Assembly: GCA_026770705.1 (NCBI GenBank) | Contig: JANJGN010000036.1 | Span: 3,038,001 to 3,102,000 of the forward strand | Direction: 5' to 3' | DNA: 64,000 nucleotides | From: Isurus oxyrinchus | Lineage: Eukaryota | In this document: positions 1-14,710 of the stretch, in pieces | How positions within the stretch are numbered: the first letter of the stretch is position 1 | Layout: each line of letters begins with the position of its first letter | Made by a program: the position numbers and the translations under genes | Notes under the pieces: model-generated | What the model saw: the letters and a program-made list of their open reading frames with translations, nothing else | Told to the model about the DNA's origin: nothing | Databases searched by the model: none

Positions 1-2505
1 TCAATTAAATCCTAAAGCGGTTCTTCCGGAAAACCGGTAATATTCCTCTGGGAATGACGACCGTCAGGAACCTTTATTTCTGAGGTTAATAACAGGTTAC
101 AGGCATTTAAAACAGAGATTAGGCGATTTTTTTCTTTCTCTCAGAGCATCGTGAATGTTTAGAACTCTATTCCTGAAAAGGAGTTGAAAGCAGAACTTTT
201 CGATATTTTTAAGGCAGAGGTGAATAGATTTTATGTGAACAAGGGGGAGATAGTTTACCGGAGGTAGATGGGATGCTGACTTCAGGTTTCTCTCAGATCA
301 TTCATGATCCTATTAAGTAGGTTCGAGGAGCCGAATGGCCTACTCCTGCTCCGTTTTTGTACGTTTGTTTATCCCCTCGCCATTCGGTATTGCCAAACGC
401 TTTCTTATTGCAGCGCTTATTAAAAATCACCTCTGCTGCCACTAACGAGTGATAAAAAGGCTTTAAGCGAAATGTTTAGCAACCCGGATTGCAAATCAAC
501 AGAACAGAAGTGGTCATATTCCAGTTCAAAGAAAAAACTACCCAAAGACAGACGTCGGCCACCGTTGGTTTGTGTGAGTCGATTCCTCCCTGGGTATTTG
601 CAATGGATCTACTCACTCAACGGCAGAATGTGAGAAAATGATCTCCGTCCAAACCTAGTAAAGAGAGGCCTCAGGTTCTTGTCTGTTTCTGACGCTGTTC
701 AAGCGGCTGTTACATTCAGTCTGTGGAAAAATTCTAAAATAAGTTGCTTTTGCTGGAGTTGCTTGACATCTTTGTTAGAAATTTGCTAACTAGGAACTGA
801 GGTTCATTTGTAGGGGAACACAATCGAGAAGCAGAGAAGCTATGTTTTAATATACAAACTTTGCGAGAATGTAGTTTAATAGTATTCGGTATAACATGTT
901 TTGTAAAGAGGTTGTGCAAGGTTCTAGATATATCTTTCTTAACACAAAGACTGGGGAAATGGAGGATCTGTGTGTGGGTTGATTTGAATTTTCACTACTA
1001 GTCTAATATTCCTCATAACAAAACTCACGTGGAGATCACGTCTCCCCCCTCATTTTATAAACTGCTTATAAAGGCACTGACGAAGGGGCAAAGAAGATTT
1101 TTAATGATGATTCCAGAGGTGAGAGTGATAACGACCAGGAAAGTCTGAACAGCTTGGGACTCTTTCTGGAAAAGAGAAGGCGAGGGGTGAATTGATAGAC
1201 ACGTTAAAAGTTAAGACAGTGTTGCAGACGGTAAAGGTAAAGCAAGAGTTTTCATTTATGGGGACGGCAGAACGAAGTTTCACCATTATGAGAAATTCAC
1301 TAACATCATCAATACGGAATTCAGGAGAAAATTCTTTAGCCTTAGAGTGGGGAGAATGTGGGGCTCCCTACCATAGAGAGTAATGCGGCTGAATAGCTGA
1401 CATGCAATTCAGGGGGAAACTGAATAAACTCATGAGGGAGAAACGAATAGAAGCATATGTTAAGTGGCTGAGTTGAAGGGGGGGGGGGGGGGGGTGAGTG
1501 GAGGCTCGTGGAACAAACAGTAGAACACAAAGTAAGTTGGGCCAGTTCCTCTTCTGTAAGTTCTATGCAAATCTACAAAATATAACATCCAAGGGGCTGA
1601 ACATGTACAGCTAAAAAAAGTCATCATTATGCATTGAATTTTACAGTGAACTAATATGGCGGACATGAGGCTAGTAATTAAAATCCAAAACAACTGCACG
1701 CCGTTGATCCCATATTTCCGAGTCTCTGTGTGAAGCAGGTTGCAACACAATTTCTTACAAACGCTTCACTGGATATATTGCACTGAGGAATATTACATTA
1801 TATTCTGTATTCCTGGCTGTCACAGCACAAGCCCTCGATCTCTACCACCTTGAAAGAAAAGGATAGCAGGTTCTTGGGAACACCACCAGCTGCAAATTCC
1901 TCTCCAAACCAGACACCACACTGACTGAGAAATATATTTGCTTTCCTCCAGTCACTGGGTCTATATCCTGAAACACCTAACTTATAAGCCCATCCGAGTG
2001 TGCCTACAGGATGGTTCAAGAAGTCGTTTCACCAACTTCTCAAGAGGCAACTTAATATAAGTAATAATTGCCAAGGATACTTACATCCCTAGTGGGACTT
2101 AAAAAAAATCAAACGTTAACGGAAAGCATTACTATTCAGCACAATGACAAATGCAGGCATCCACGCCTTTTGTTTTCTGCATCTCTTCCTGAAAGAAGCA
2201 TCAGTAAAACTTTATTGATGATGTGAATGGTGGCCTCCTGTGCCATAAACGACTCCACAGCTTTCTACATTCTGGTATTTGCAGGTGTTTAATCCTGATG
2301 CACAGAACCTGACCGCAAAAAGGTAAAATGCATGAGGCATGAGATCTATCAGCACACCGCAGGCTAAGTGGTTGACGCATCATTGTTCCCATCTCATTTG
2401 ACAGTGCAGCAACTAACTGGAAGTGAGCTCAGGTCAGTCTGTGGGCACTTTCCCCACAGGACCAAACTCGTAAGGGCGCGTATAGAGAGAACTCAGCGCG
2501 TCAAG

Positions 2506-5500
2506 ATGCCCAAGACCTCTTTATCTCTGATGCTCATTTTCCAAGTGCTGCAGGTTTATGGTGAGTAAGAGGCGGAAGAGTATTTTAAACTGGAATCAGC
2601 CAGAATCAGTGTTTACTAAACTGAAAATATGACGCAGTGATCAGGCGAGGGGGTTTGACCTGATCTTGGATCTTTATTTTCTGATTCCACCTTCAAGTTA
2701 GAGAATAAATCTAAACTAGAATAATTAAAAACAACAGTGTGACCGTTCGTAAATTACAGGCGAAGTGCCTCAAAGCGACTGCATCCTGTATCTCAGTAAA
2801 CAGTTGTAATGTAAGAATAATCCATATAATTACAGAATCCGAGCCCTCTCTGTCTCCGAGACCCTTCACAATGATAGCTGAAGTCGGAGACACGGTGGAA
2901 TTAGCCTGTCACCACATCTACGAAGTGGAATTCGTGTCTAGCTACTTCTGATACAAACAACGTGTGGGTGAAGCCCCAAATCTAATCGATAACCGATCCT
3001 GTCAGGGGGCCCATTGTAAGTTTATTCCTAAAAAATGCAACAGCAAATATGTATTACTCCTGGATATTCTCAATGTCCAGATGAATGACTCGGGATCCTA
3101 CCACTGTGCTGATAAGGATGGCTAAGCACCGCTCCCGAATGGACCCACAGTACTGGTTGGAGGTAAGAGAGCATGTGAAATGAACACAGAACATGCATAG
3201 CTTCATCATTTGTTGCAAGTTAATCGATAACTGTGTCCCAATCCCTGTCCAGACAGTTCCACCAACACGACAGCTGTGCTGGTTGTTATCCCACCGGGTG
3301 CGCTGCATTTGAGTGAATCCCCTTAGTGTGTTTGGTCAGTGGAGATTCTTCCAACTAGATTTTTATTTTCTGGAATATTTCCAGACTGGTCACTGAGGGA
3401 CCAAGCGATACCGGTACAAAGGGTATGGACGGGACATACACTATCCGAAGTCACGTCATAGTGTCAAGGGAAAACTAGAGAAGCGGTGGCCGCTGTACTT
3501 GAATCGTTCAACTGGGATCTCTAGCAAAAACTGGGCCAGGAGCCCAGTGCCCCAAAGCAGGGTCAGGTTAGTTGGTGATCTGTTCAATGGAGGCTTCGTT
3601 TCAGAGTTGGCGTAGATCTCAAGACTCTTACGGACTGCACTCTGTGAATTAAACATCTCTAGGTGATAAAGATATGGGTGTATAATTATGTGTTTGTGTG
3701 TCTCTGTGCAAGCACGTGTGTGTGTGTGCATGTGTGTGTTTGTGTGTGCGTGGGTGTCTGTCTGCCTTTTTCAGGAATGTATATGCATCCAGTATATATG
3801 TATAGATGTGTGTGCGTGCACGCATCTGTGTGTGTGTGTGTGTGTGTCTATCATATAGGAAAACGTATTAACTTTTTTGAAATAAGTTTGAGTTACCACA
3901 ATTTCTCAGCTTGCATTATATTTAGGTGCGAATTCTTAGAATCATAGATTGACACGGCATGGAATGGAGACATTCTGCTATTCAATTAGTCCCACCCTTT
4001 CCCAATAAACCTTTTACATTCTTCCTTAACAAGCCCCTTAATTATCCATTTCCCTGTTGAAAGTTATTATCGAAACTGCTGCACTGGCATTGGATATTGG
4101 AATGGAATTGAGATTAGGTCGACACAGAATGAGTTTATGGGAAGAAAGCAGTGAAAAGGTGAGATTCTTGGGGGAAGAGATGTTTACAGAGATGTGATTT
4201 TCGCTCAATTCCACCACCACCACCCCGCCCCCCATCCGGAAAGTCTCCTTATTATTTTCCTGGGACCTCCCTTATCAATCTCCAGTTGTTTGGTAAAATT
4301 CAGTTTAATTTTAATTACAATTGGTGATATCAGCAGCCGGATTAACATTAACATCTGGTTATAAAACATCAATGAATTTGGATTATTCAAAACTCTCGTC
4401 AAGCAGGTGATGCATGGAGGTGTTAGAGGAAGTTAAATTGGCCAATAAAAGACACATGGAAACCTTGGCTTCATTAATAAAGGAATCAAATGTTAGAGGA
4501 AGTTATATTTTATTAACGTCTAGTCAGACCGCAGCTGGAGCATTGTGTCCAATTCTGCACACCATACTTTAGGAAGGCTATCAAGGCGTGGGAGAGGCTA
4601 AGAACGGACGACGGCGGGGGGATGGGTGGGGGGTGGTTTACCAGAATGGGGCCCGGGATCTGGAACTTCAGTTAATGTGGAGACAATGGACAATCTGGGA
4701 TTGTTCTCCTCAGTGCAGAGAAGAGTAACCGAGGGTTATCGACTGAGGGGAAATTCAGCACCAAATGTTAAAAGCATGAATGGTTTGATAGATGAAATAA
4801 GGAGGAATTATATTCCATCTGCCATTCCCTTGTGAATTCCCTCGGCCTGTCTAATCCCCCCTTGTAACCTCGTTGCATCCTCTTCACAAATAACATTCCC
4901 ACCTAGAGTTGGCAGTAACCAAAGCCGGGGATGTGATAGTTTTGTATTCTATTTACACAAAGAGCCGGCATACACAAGATGGGCCAAACTGCCCCAGTCC
5001 TTGGGCCGCAGCTATTCTGGAACTGTGGATGTGGGGACGAATTGTAATATTTCCAAATGTGTTAAAGACACAACTCTAGTTGGGAACGTTATTTGTGAAG
5101 AGGATGCAACGAGGCTACAAGGGGGATTAGACAGGCCGGGGGAATTCACAAGGGAATGGCAGATGGAATATAATGTCAACAAGTGTGAAGAATTCCGTTG
5201 TGGTAGCAAGAAAGAAAGCAGAAAGGTTAGGATGTCTTAAATGGTGGGATGTTGGAAAGTGTTCATGTAAAAAGGGACCGGAATGTTTTTCTTCACATGC
5301 CACTGAAAGATACCATGCACCTTCAGCAAGCTGCCGCAAGCAACTAGGCAGGTAAATAGTATTTTGGGCTTCATCGCAAGGGTATTTGAGTACAGGAGTG
5401 AAGATATCTTTTGTGCAATTGCATGCAGCCTTAGTGAGACCGCACCTGGAGTATTTTGTACAGTTTTGATCTCCTTTTCTAAGGAATCATGCATTTACCA

Positions 5501-6778
5501 TGGAGAGAGTGTAACAGAGGCTCACCAGGCTAATACCTGGTACTGCGGGATTGCCTGATGAGGAGTGATTGAGGGAACTGCGTCCATCTTCTCTAGAGTT
5601 TGAAATAATGAGAGGTGATATAAATGAAAGTTACAATTTCTTACTGGGTGCTGCAGGGTTTCTGAGGATAGGATATGTTTTCTCCAGCCAGGTGGGTCTA
5701 GAGGTAGAGAACATGCCACCAATAAAGGGCGAGCCATGCATAACTGAGATGAGGAGGAATTTCTTCACTCAGACGGTGGTGAAGCTTTGGAATTCTGTAT
5801 AACAGAGCTCTGTGAAAGCTCAGTCATTGAGCGTCATCAAGAAAGATGTCGATATATTTCTGGATGCTCATGAGATCACGGGATATGGTGATAATGGGAA
5901 ACGGTGAAAGAAATAGACGATCAACCATGCTCTATTTGAATGGAGCAGCAGGAACTCCTTTTCCCCTGTCCCTTCGCCCCTATGCCTCCACTTGTGTTGT
6001 GTCAGTCTGCCATTCTGTAATTCAGTTTTCAGATAGACATTGGTTGATGCTTTCATACTGATAACATCTGAATTATGGAGCTTTCCTTACAGCGCTGTCA
6101 TTCCATTCATGTCAATGAGCAAACAATGTCACCTATCCTATTATGCGCGTCCATTTGTCGATATCAGTCCCTCTGGCTATTTCTTTTTTCATTTCATACC
6201 CGAATTTAATGTTCCGGTTTTTTAAAGGGTCACGTTTCCAATGAGAGAATCCCAGTAAATAATGATTTAACCGAGCAGCAGTTTCTAAGTCTTGTGTGGA
6301 TGGTGCATTCCGGCACTAAACATTGTCAGAATGGTGGCGGCGATTCTAGTGCTACTTTTTACCATCATATTAATTTGCACTCACAAACGCGGCAGATTAA
6401 GTGAGGGTTAATGTTCCTCGGAGCCATTTTCAGAATTGTTTCAACATGTGGTTTCCTTCTCTTAATTTAAATCACTAATTACAGTTTGTGGTTACAGAAC
6501 AAACTACTCACGAGATCCCACAATGAAAGGTAAGAGAGTGAACCATTTGCAAAGTTTATCCCGAACACTCTATTTAACACTGGGCCAAACCCAGTTCAAC
6601 ACCAGCACTCGTTCCAATGATGTATGCTGACATGTTTCAGAACCTGTCCTGCCTTTCAGCCATATTCTGAATGACAATGTTCTATATAATTTCCAGTCTC
6701 AGGGTGGACATCTCCACGCCTCCCTGGACTTGGCTGCATTGGAAAAAGTGGTCATAAACGAAGGCTGGTGGCAGATGA
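2506..6778 (+). pseudogene. B1: VJ-C1-TM receptor pseudogene, subfamily B (TM with NxxR)
   Basis: Leader 2506-2560 (MPKTSLSLMLIFQVLQVY). V 2836-3162 (Trp>TGA at 2949, TAA at 3123, DSGSYHC). C1 3253-3566 (frameshift and stops). TM 6279-6400 (LNIVRMVAAILVLLF, 7-nt deletion). Small exon 6498-6529. Last exon from 6697 (HLHASL). Confidence 0.88.
5020..5960 (+). mobile_element. CR1-like LINE 3' fragment
   Basis: ISKCVKDTTLVG..EWQMEYNVNKC and MRRNFFTQTVVKLWNS motifs. Confidence 0.85.
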
Positions 6779-8361
6779 GAATCTGGGTGATTTCTGACTC
6801 ATGAATTAAGAAGGAGACAGGATTTTCCAAAGAACCGACAGCCTGGTGGAAATGAATAAGGAGCCAAGGAGACTCCTGTCAAGCAGTTAAACGATCCCCG
6901 TGCACTCCTCAGAGTTACAAAGAAAGGTTCCTTTTTTTAAATATAAAAGAAGGTGTTTTGGATACCATTAAGGATAATCTTCTCTATTCATGTAATTCAG
7001 GAGTGAAGAAAATATTGAGCAAATAGGAGGGAATTTCCCGGATTGTATGAAACTTTTCTGCTGATCTTGTGCCTCCAGTTAGTGACAGGTGTTGTTTCTT
7101 TGCAAATATCCTCATGTAAATAAAATGAATTATTCTTCGATGATAATGATGCACCATGTGTTTGTGTTGATCAATACAAGCAAAGTTCCCGGTAAAATAC
7201 TTTCAGAATCCATCCCCCAGAAACTGCCTATCGCTTTGGGATTTAAATGAACTCTTATCTGCATTGCACCTGTTAGTGTGAATTTAGGTTGCATTATAGG
7301 GTTACATGAAGCGGATCAAAGTGCACCAAGACGATACTGGGGTAAAAGGTTTGGTACATAAACATTCCATTACATCCAGTGTAGAAGATTAAGGGCAGCT
7401 CGAATCAAGGTGTTTTAGCTGATCAAGTGTTTCAATAATGTCCATAGAGTGAAACGATTTCCTCTGGTGGGTGGTGGATGGGGGAGTGGCCGGTGTCGGA
7501 GTGGGGGAGTCCAGATCAAAGTGGCAGAACATTAAACACAGAACCAGTCCGTTCAGGAGTGATTGCAGGAAAAACTTCACACAAAGGGGACCGGAAATCT
7601 ATGGTTGCCTCTCAGCAAAAAGCAAATGAGGATGTGGGTCAAAGTATTATTTTTACAGTTAGGGGTGAAAGAGGTATGGAATGAAAGCAGACGGGTAAAG
7701 ATAAGAAACTGATCACGCAAGATATAATTCAATGCTGGAACAGACTCGTGGGGCTGAATTGCCTCAGCAAAGAGTGACTGCACAAACAGAGATCAGCTTC
7801 GTGAATGGTTTCATGGGTAGAAAGAATTGGGATGTGGTTCATGTGAGTTGTTTGGAGAGGTGGTGCGGGTAGTGGCTGCGGTTGTTAAACTCTCTGAAAT
7901 AATTTAACAAATTGTCATTGTCCTAATGGTTGAGAAGGACAGACCCTTCGCAGATGGATGAAATGTAGCAGAATGACCTTTCCCAACTGCATCTCATTCG
8001 GTGGGTTGAGCTGAATAGCAGAGATGTATTTAAGGGGGTGAGGGTGGTGTGGAAGGTGTTGCTGGTTGTGTGGGGGTGAGGTGCTGGATGAACATATAAG
8101 GGAGACAGGAATGGAAGGATATGTAGGTGGGTTTAGATGAAGAGGGAGTGCATGGAACAGAAATGAGAGGCCATCCAATGCCAAATAGGGCTGATAACGA
8201 AGATGTTACTGTTTATGCTGCCTCTTTGTTCTGTATAATGTACATGATGTTCTTCCAAACGGCAGGTGGCAGTGTGGTGGTGTAGAGGGCGGGGGGGTGA
8301 GAACTGGAACTACCTTGTTTAATGATTTGCCAACAGGACATGTTCGCTCTTAAATGCGATG

Positions 8362-8501
8362 GCTTGGCCTAAATAGCCAAGTGGTTATGGTACTGGGTTT
8401 GTAACCCCAAAATCAAGAGTTCAAATCTCACAATGGCAAGCTATGAAACAATGTAACTTCATCTGAAACAGATGGAAACGGGTTTGTACTCGGAAGAGTT
8501 G
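8362..8501 (+). mobile_element. tRNA-derived SINE (tRNA-like head with TGT anticodon loop) with 9-bp target-site duplication
   Basis: A-box-like TAGCCAAGTGG and B-box GTTCAAATC. AATGCGATG at 8353-8361 and 8502-8510. The paralogous site near 10950 lacks the insert. Confidence 0.75.
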
Positions 8502-11029
8502 AATGCGATGTGATGCAAGTCCCCCTGCTGGACAAACGGAAATCTTGTATTTCTGTACCTCCCGTCCCCAGGATGTTCCAAGCCTCCTCAAGTTCGTTTG
8601 GTCGTACCTGTGGAGAATGCATTTTCACAGCAGAGTCAGCTGATGTTAGTTCGGGAATGTTTATATCCGTTAGGAACAGGAAAAACAAATAATTCTCCAT
8701 CAGGTTCAATAACCAACGCAACTATCCAGCAGTCATTACATCAAATGCTTCCTGTCCCGTTTATTAGTATTTCGTAAAGGAGAGGTTTCATGGAAATATA
8801 TCATATTATCTCAGAAGAATGCCATCGCAATTTTAGTCGCACAATTATCTGACATTCTAATGTGAGGAGTGTGTTTTTGAACGGATGTAAAATATTAATG
8901 CAGGCAGCAAATCACTCTCAGTCACAACCAGCGGGTTCTGCTATAAACAGCAAAGATTCTAACATTTATTGAGAGGTGTGCCACAAGATACCTGTTTCAG
9001 AGGGTCACCGGGCGTTAGCTGGGGTGTGGGAATAAACTGCACATTTAATGTGTCGGCACAGGCGTGACGGGCCGAATGGCCTCTTACTGTGCTGAAAGTG
9101 GCTGCGATTCTATGATTCTAGTCATTAAAATCTAGTGAAATGTTTTATCGACAGGGAAGCTGGATTGAAAAATAATCTTCTTTCAAGAGTAAACTTAACA
9201 TTTTTCACTCCCAGATCACAAACAGTGAAAGCTGGGGACGCACGATCAGGTCAGCTTTCAGATTGATGCAGCCTAAATCCCCAGCCAGTGTCTGAACTAC
9301 CCTGTGAGTGCTTAAGTCCACTTCTCATCCGGACAGATTAACTCTGTAAATGTCTTTGTAAATTAACCTAAAAGACACCCTGAGCATACTTGCCCTGAAC
9401 CATCAAAAGACTGTAATCACAAATCTACCATTGGTTCTCAAATCTGTTTTAGTATAACGGCAACTCAGAACCAGACGCATTGTAGATTTTATTTGAATTA
9501 TATCATACTGACCTGCTGCATAAATGTGAAAATTGCATTTATAAAGAACCAATACAAGGATGCCGTGGAGCGAGACTGAAATGAAATTGCCCCACTTAGA
9601 CCAGCAGTCATATGTGCTGTTTGAAAGAGCTATCCCATCATTCCCACTCCCCCTGCTACTTCTCTCGTAACCTAACATATTTTTCCCCTTAAAATATTTA
9701 TCCAACTCCCCTTTTGAAGGTGCTTATTGAATCTGCTTCCATCACCTTTTCAGGTACCGCCTTCCAGATCACAACAAGTTGCTTTGTAAGAAATAATCTC
9801 CTCATGTCCCCGTCTGGTTCTTTTGCCAATTAACGTCAATCTGTGTCCCCCTGGTTAGCGACCCTCTTGCCAATGGATTGAGTTTCTCCTCATTTACTCC
9901 GTCCAAGACTTTATCTGCTCCATCTGAAGATGTCATGAAACCTCATCCTGGAATAAATGGATCAATCCACAGAAGGAAGATCAATGTATTTGACCCAGGA
10001 GATGAGGCTTTGAGCCCCGAAACTCACAGGTCTCGCTGTCGTTCTCCCGCAATGAAGGAGGTGTGAAATATGCAGACAGAATGGCTCTCCGTGTTTATTA
10101 ATAGATGTACGACTGGTGTTGTAAAACAGTGCCAAAGTAAACAGCTCTCTGCGGTTTTCATGTTTATTACATGTCATAGTGCCGTCTAGCACAAGTTACC
10201 TGTTTCACAAAATACACCAGCTATGTATTCATCTTGGTTAGACCACACTTGGAGTACAAAACACATTTCACCATATTCTACGCAGTATACTGAGGCACTA
10301 GGAAAGTTGCAGCAAAGATTTCACAAGAATGATATCAGAACTGTGAGGTTACAACTATCAGGAAAGACTGAACAAACTGGAACTTTTTTCTCTAAAATAA
10401 GAGAAAATTGAGGAGTGACCTGACAGAGGTCTTTAAATATGTGAAATTGTTTTAATTAGGCAGGCGACCGAGGATGGCTCTACGTCTGTGGGATTTATAA
10501 AAAAATATTTCTCATCAATGGAAGATAGTCACTAATCAATGCAATTCGGAATTCGGGATAAACATCTTCACCCAGAGACTGGGTAGAATATGGAACTCAC
10601 TCCCATAGGGACTCGCTGAACTGAATAGCAGAGGATGCATTTAAGAGGGTTGGGTGGGGTAGGGGGTGCTTTGGGGAAGTGTGGGGTCGGGGGCTGCTGG
10701 ATAAACATATAAGGGTGACAGGAATAGTAGGATATTTTGGTGGGTTTAGATGAACAGGAAGTGGATGGAACGTAAATGATAGGCTATACAGCGCGCATAG
10801 GACTGATCTGTAAGATTTTGCTGTTATTGCTGCCTCTTTGTCCTGTATAACGTACATGATTCTCTTCTAAACGGCAGGTGACAGTGTGGTGGTGTAGAGG
10901 GTGGGAGCCTTGTTTATTGATTAGCTAAAATGACACGTTCGCCTTGACTGCAATGTGATGACACTAGCCCTGCTGGACAAATTAAAGTCTTGTATTTCTA
11001 TCGCTCCCGTCCCGCCCCCTGAATGTTCC

Positions 11030-12490
11030 AGAGGTCACGGCACTGTCGCAGATAGATGAGAGGAAATAGACCTGTGCACAACAACTTTGAGTCTGCACCT
11101 CATTAAATGCCAGTGCGTCAGATCAAACATGGGCACGAAAACCCCTACTGATTACCACCGACCAAGCCCCCTCGCTTCTCCATGTTGAACAGCACGTGGA
11201 GGAAGCTCCGGGAGTGATGAGGGCTCAGAATATACTCTGGATAGCAGACTTAAATGTTCCTCACTAAGAGTGGCTCTGAAGCACTACGATTAAACTGGCT
11301 GATCTGAAGGACATAAGAGCAAGCCTGGGCCTGGGACGGTTTGCGAGTGAACCAACAGGAGGAAAAGACCTAGCAGACATGGTACTCACCAGAATATGCA
11401 TCTCTCGGTGACAGTATAAGTAGGGGTTATCATCCACAGTCCTTGAAGTCCCGTCTTCATGCTACACGCACTTACCATCATGTTGTTAATCATTAAAACG
11501 GTGGTAAATTCGATAGACTTGGATTAGATCTAGGCACCCATTTACTAACACATCATAACATTCAAGTCTATGGGCTAAGTGCTGGAAAAAGGGTTTAGGG
11601 AGTTACACGTGCTGGTGTAGACTCGATTGGCCGAAGTGCCTCATCTGCACTGTGTGTTTCTGTGATTCTCTGAACCTCTCAACTGGGCACAAACGAGTCG
11701 TTGTCGTCCACAAGCGGCAGCAGAATTGTATCCAACCACGATCTGTAACCTCATGGCCCGGTGTATCCCCTGTTATACAATTGCCATCAATTTAATTAAT
11801 CAACTCTGGTCAATGAGGAGTGTGGAAGGGCATGACAGGAGCAGCAGCAAGCCAACGTACCAATGTGGTGCCAGACTCATGAACTGACAATAGAGGCCTG
11901 CTTGCATGTCAGAGCGGAAGCATCAAGCAGTAGATTCTATCACTCTGCAGTCCTGCCCCATCTAGCCGTGAATTGTGGTGGGCAATTTAACAACTATTCA
12001 TAGGAGGAAGCTCCACCAATTTCCTCATCCTCAGTGAAGGGGAACCCAGCACAGTGGTGAAAAATCACAGTAAAAGACATGGTTAACGCATTTGCAAACA
12101 TCTTCAGCCAGAAGTGCCGAGTGGATGACCAATCTTGGCAGCCTCCAAAAGTCCCCAGCATTGCAGATGCCTATTCATAGCGACTTTGATGCACTTGGCA
12201 GGAGATAAAGAAATGGGTGAATACGGTGGATAATTCAAATTCTCTAGACATTGGCAAAATCCCGGCAGTAAGCTGAACTCCCCAGAACGACCACACCCCA
12301 GCCACGTTGTTTGGACACAACTGTCACAAATGCCATCTCCCCGCATGGTCGAAAATGCCAAGGGATGCCTTGTCCTCATAAAGTGGGATAAACCCAACCT
12401 AGCAAATTTCAGCTTCCTATCCATCATCAACAATATGATGGAAGGTGGCATCGACCGTGCTCTCCAGTGGTAGCGACAACAACATGGTGC
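11030..12490 (+). mobile_element. Decayed non-LTR retrotransposon (endonuclease-RT remnant) of a second family
   Basis: Degenerate endonuclease/RT-like coding remnants, recognised by eye. Similar LINE-like 3' ends occur near 1800-2100, 34050-34400, 38140-38460, 42490-42860, 49050-49320 and 57010-57260. Confidence 0.55.
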
Positions 12491-12519
12491 AATTTCTGCT
12501 TGTTGTGGACAAAGAAATA

Positions 12520-14710
12520 GGCAATTTGCAAAATACTGTTTTGGATTGGGGGAGAGCGGATCTTTGTAAAATAAGGCAGAATCAGGCCAAGTTAGGAGAG
12601 TTATATGGGGGAAAGCTATAGAAGAGCAGTGGGGGGCGTTCAAAGAGGAAATGGTGAGTGTAAAGGCTCAGCATGTTCACTCTAGGGTGATAATTAGGAG
12701 TAACAAGCACAGAGAACCATAGATGATCAGAAATATTGAGGATACGATGAAACCGAAACGATGGGCTTTTAGCAGGTAAAGGGGAGCAAATAAGGGGAGG
12801 CATAGTGGCGTACAGAAAGTGCAGGGTGGAGCTAAGAAAACAATTAGGAGAACAAAGAGAGGATATGAGAAATCTCTGTCTGGTAAAAGTAGGGAAAATC
12901 CCAAGATATTCTGTAAGTAATCAATGGGTTGAGGATAACCAGGAAAAGAATGAGGCCCATAAGAGATCAAGGGGACAATCTATAGGTGGAGCCAGAGGAC
13001 ACTGGCATAGTTTTGAATGAATACTTCACATCCATCTTCACCCAAGAGAATGAAGATGAAGGTATTAAACCCGCGGAGACAGACTTCGAGGTTATTGAGC
13101 AAATTGATTGAGGCAGTGACAAGGTATTGGAGGTGTTGGCGGGAATAAAAGTGTACAAATCTCCAGATCCAGATTACTTGTGCCCCAGGCTGTTGAGGCA
13201 GGCAAGGGAAGAGATCACAGGGTTTTTGACCCAATTTTTTTATTCCTCTCTGGCCACGGGGGAGGAGCCAGAGGACTGAAGAACAGCTAATGTGGTTCCG
13301 CTATTTCAGAAGGGTTGTAGAAATAAGCTACAGGCCAGTGAGACTCACGCTAGAGGGAGTTAAACTATTGGATAAAATTCTGAAGGAGAGGATCTATCTC
13401 CACTTGGAGAGGCAAGGGTTGATCAGAAATATTCAGCATGGCTTTGCCAGAGGGATGTCATGCTTAATAGATTTGATTGAATGTTTTGAGGAGGTGATCC
13501 GTTGTGTAGATGAGGGTAGTGCAGTTGACGTAGTTCACATGGATTTCAGCAAAACCTTTGTCAAGTTCCCACATGGGAGACTTAACAATGCGGAAAATGC
13601 ACGTGAGATACAGAGTAATTTGATAAGGTGGATTCAAAACTGGCTTAGTTGTAGGAGACAGAGGGCGAGGACAGAAGGCTGCTTTAGTGATGGGAAGCCA
13701 TTGTCCACTGGTGTAGAGATCTGAGCTGGGTCCCCTATTATTCATCATTTATATAAACAACATAGATGACAATGTGGGTGGTAGAATTAGCAAGTTTGGG
13801 GATGACATAAAGATTGGCCGAGTGGATAACAGTGAGGTTGAGTGTCTTGGGCTACGGGAAGATATAGACAGGAGAGTCAACTGGGCAGCTAAGTGGATGA
13901 TGCAATTCAACCATGAAAAGTGTGAGATGATACACGTTGGAAGGAGAAATTTCACAAGGCAGCATTCAACGAACAGCATGACACTAGGACATTCTGAGCA
14001 ACAAAGGAACCTTAGCGTGTGGGTCCATAGATACCTGAAGACAGAGGGCATGTTAGTGGGGTGGCAAAAAAAAGCCATATGGGCCACTTGCCTTTATCAA
14101 TCGAGGCATAGATTACAAAAGCAGAGGGGTCATATTGGAGTTATGCAGAACCTTGGAGAGGCCACAGCTGGAGTATTGTGTGCAGTTCTGGTCGCCACAT
14201 TATAGGGAGGATGTGATTGCAATGCAGGGGCGCAGAGGAGTCCACCAGCGTGTTGCCTGGGATGAAACATTTAAGTTGTGAAGAGAGGTTGGATAGATGG
14301 GGAAGGTTTCGTTGGAGCACAGAAGACTGAGGGGCGAAATGATCGAGGTGTGGAAGGCTATGAGGGGCATGGAGAGTGTTGATGGGTTCCAGCTGCTCTC
14401 CTTACTTGATCAGTTATTCACAAAGCGACGCAGGTTCAGGACCAGGAGGTTTAGGGGGGATATGAGGAAGAACTCTTTTACCCCGGGGTGGTGACGGTCT
14501 GGAATGCACTGCCTGGGAGTGTGCTGGAGGCGGATTGCCTCACATCCTTTGAAAAGTACCCGGAGGAGCACTTGGCACGTCATGACATTCAAGGCTATCG
14601 GCCAAGAACTGGTAAATGGGATTAGATATGTAGGGAAGGTGTTTCTCACGTGTCGGTGCAGACTCGATCACCCGAATGGCTTCTTCTGCGCTCTGTGATT
14701 CTGTGATTCT
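12520..14710 (+). mobile_element. CR1-like LINE, decayed reverse transcriptase with 3' end
   Basis: ORF fragments QHGF..SCLIDLIECFEEV..VDVVHMDFSKTF..WIQNWL and ISKFGDDIKIG..WAAKWMMQFNHEKC. Ends in (TGTGATTC)n tail. Confidence 0.9.

Noticed and set aside
8367-8438. Functional tRNA-Thr(TGT)
   Set aside because: Mismatched stems, an extra 3' tail and a TSD indicate a SINE.
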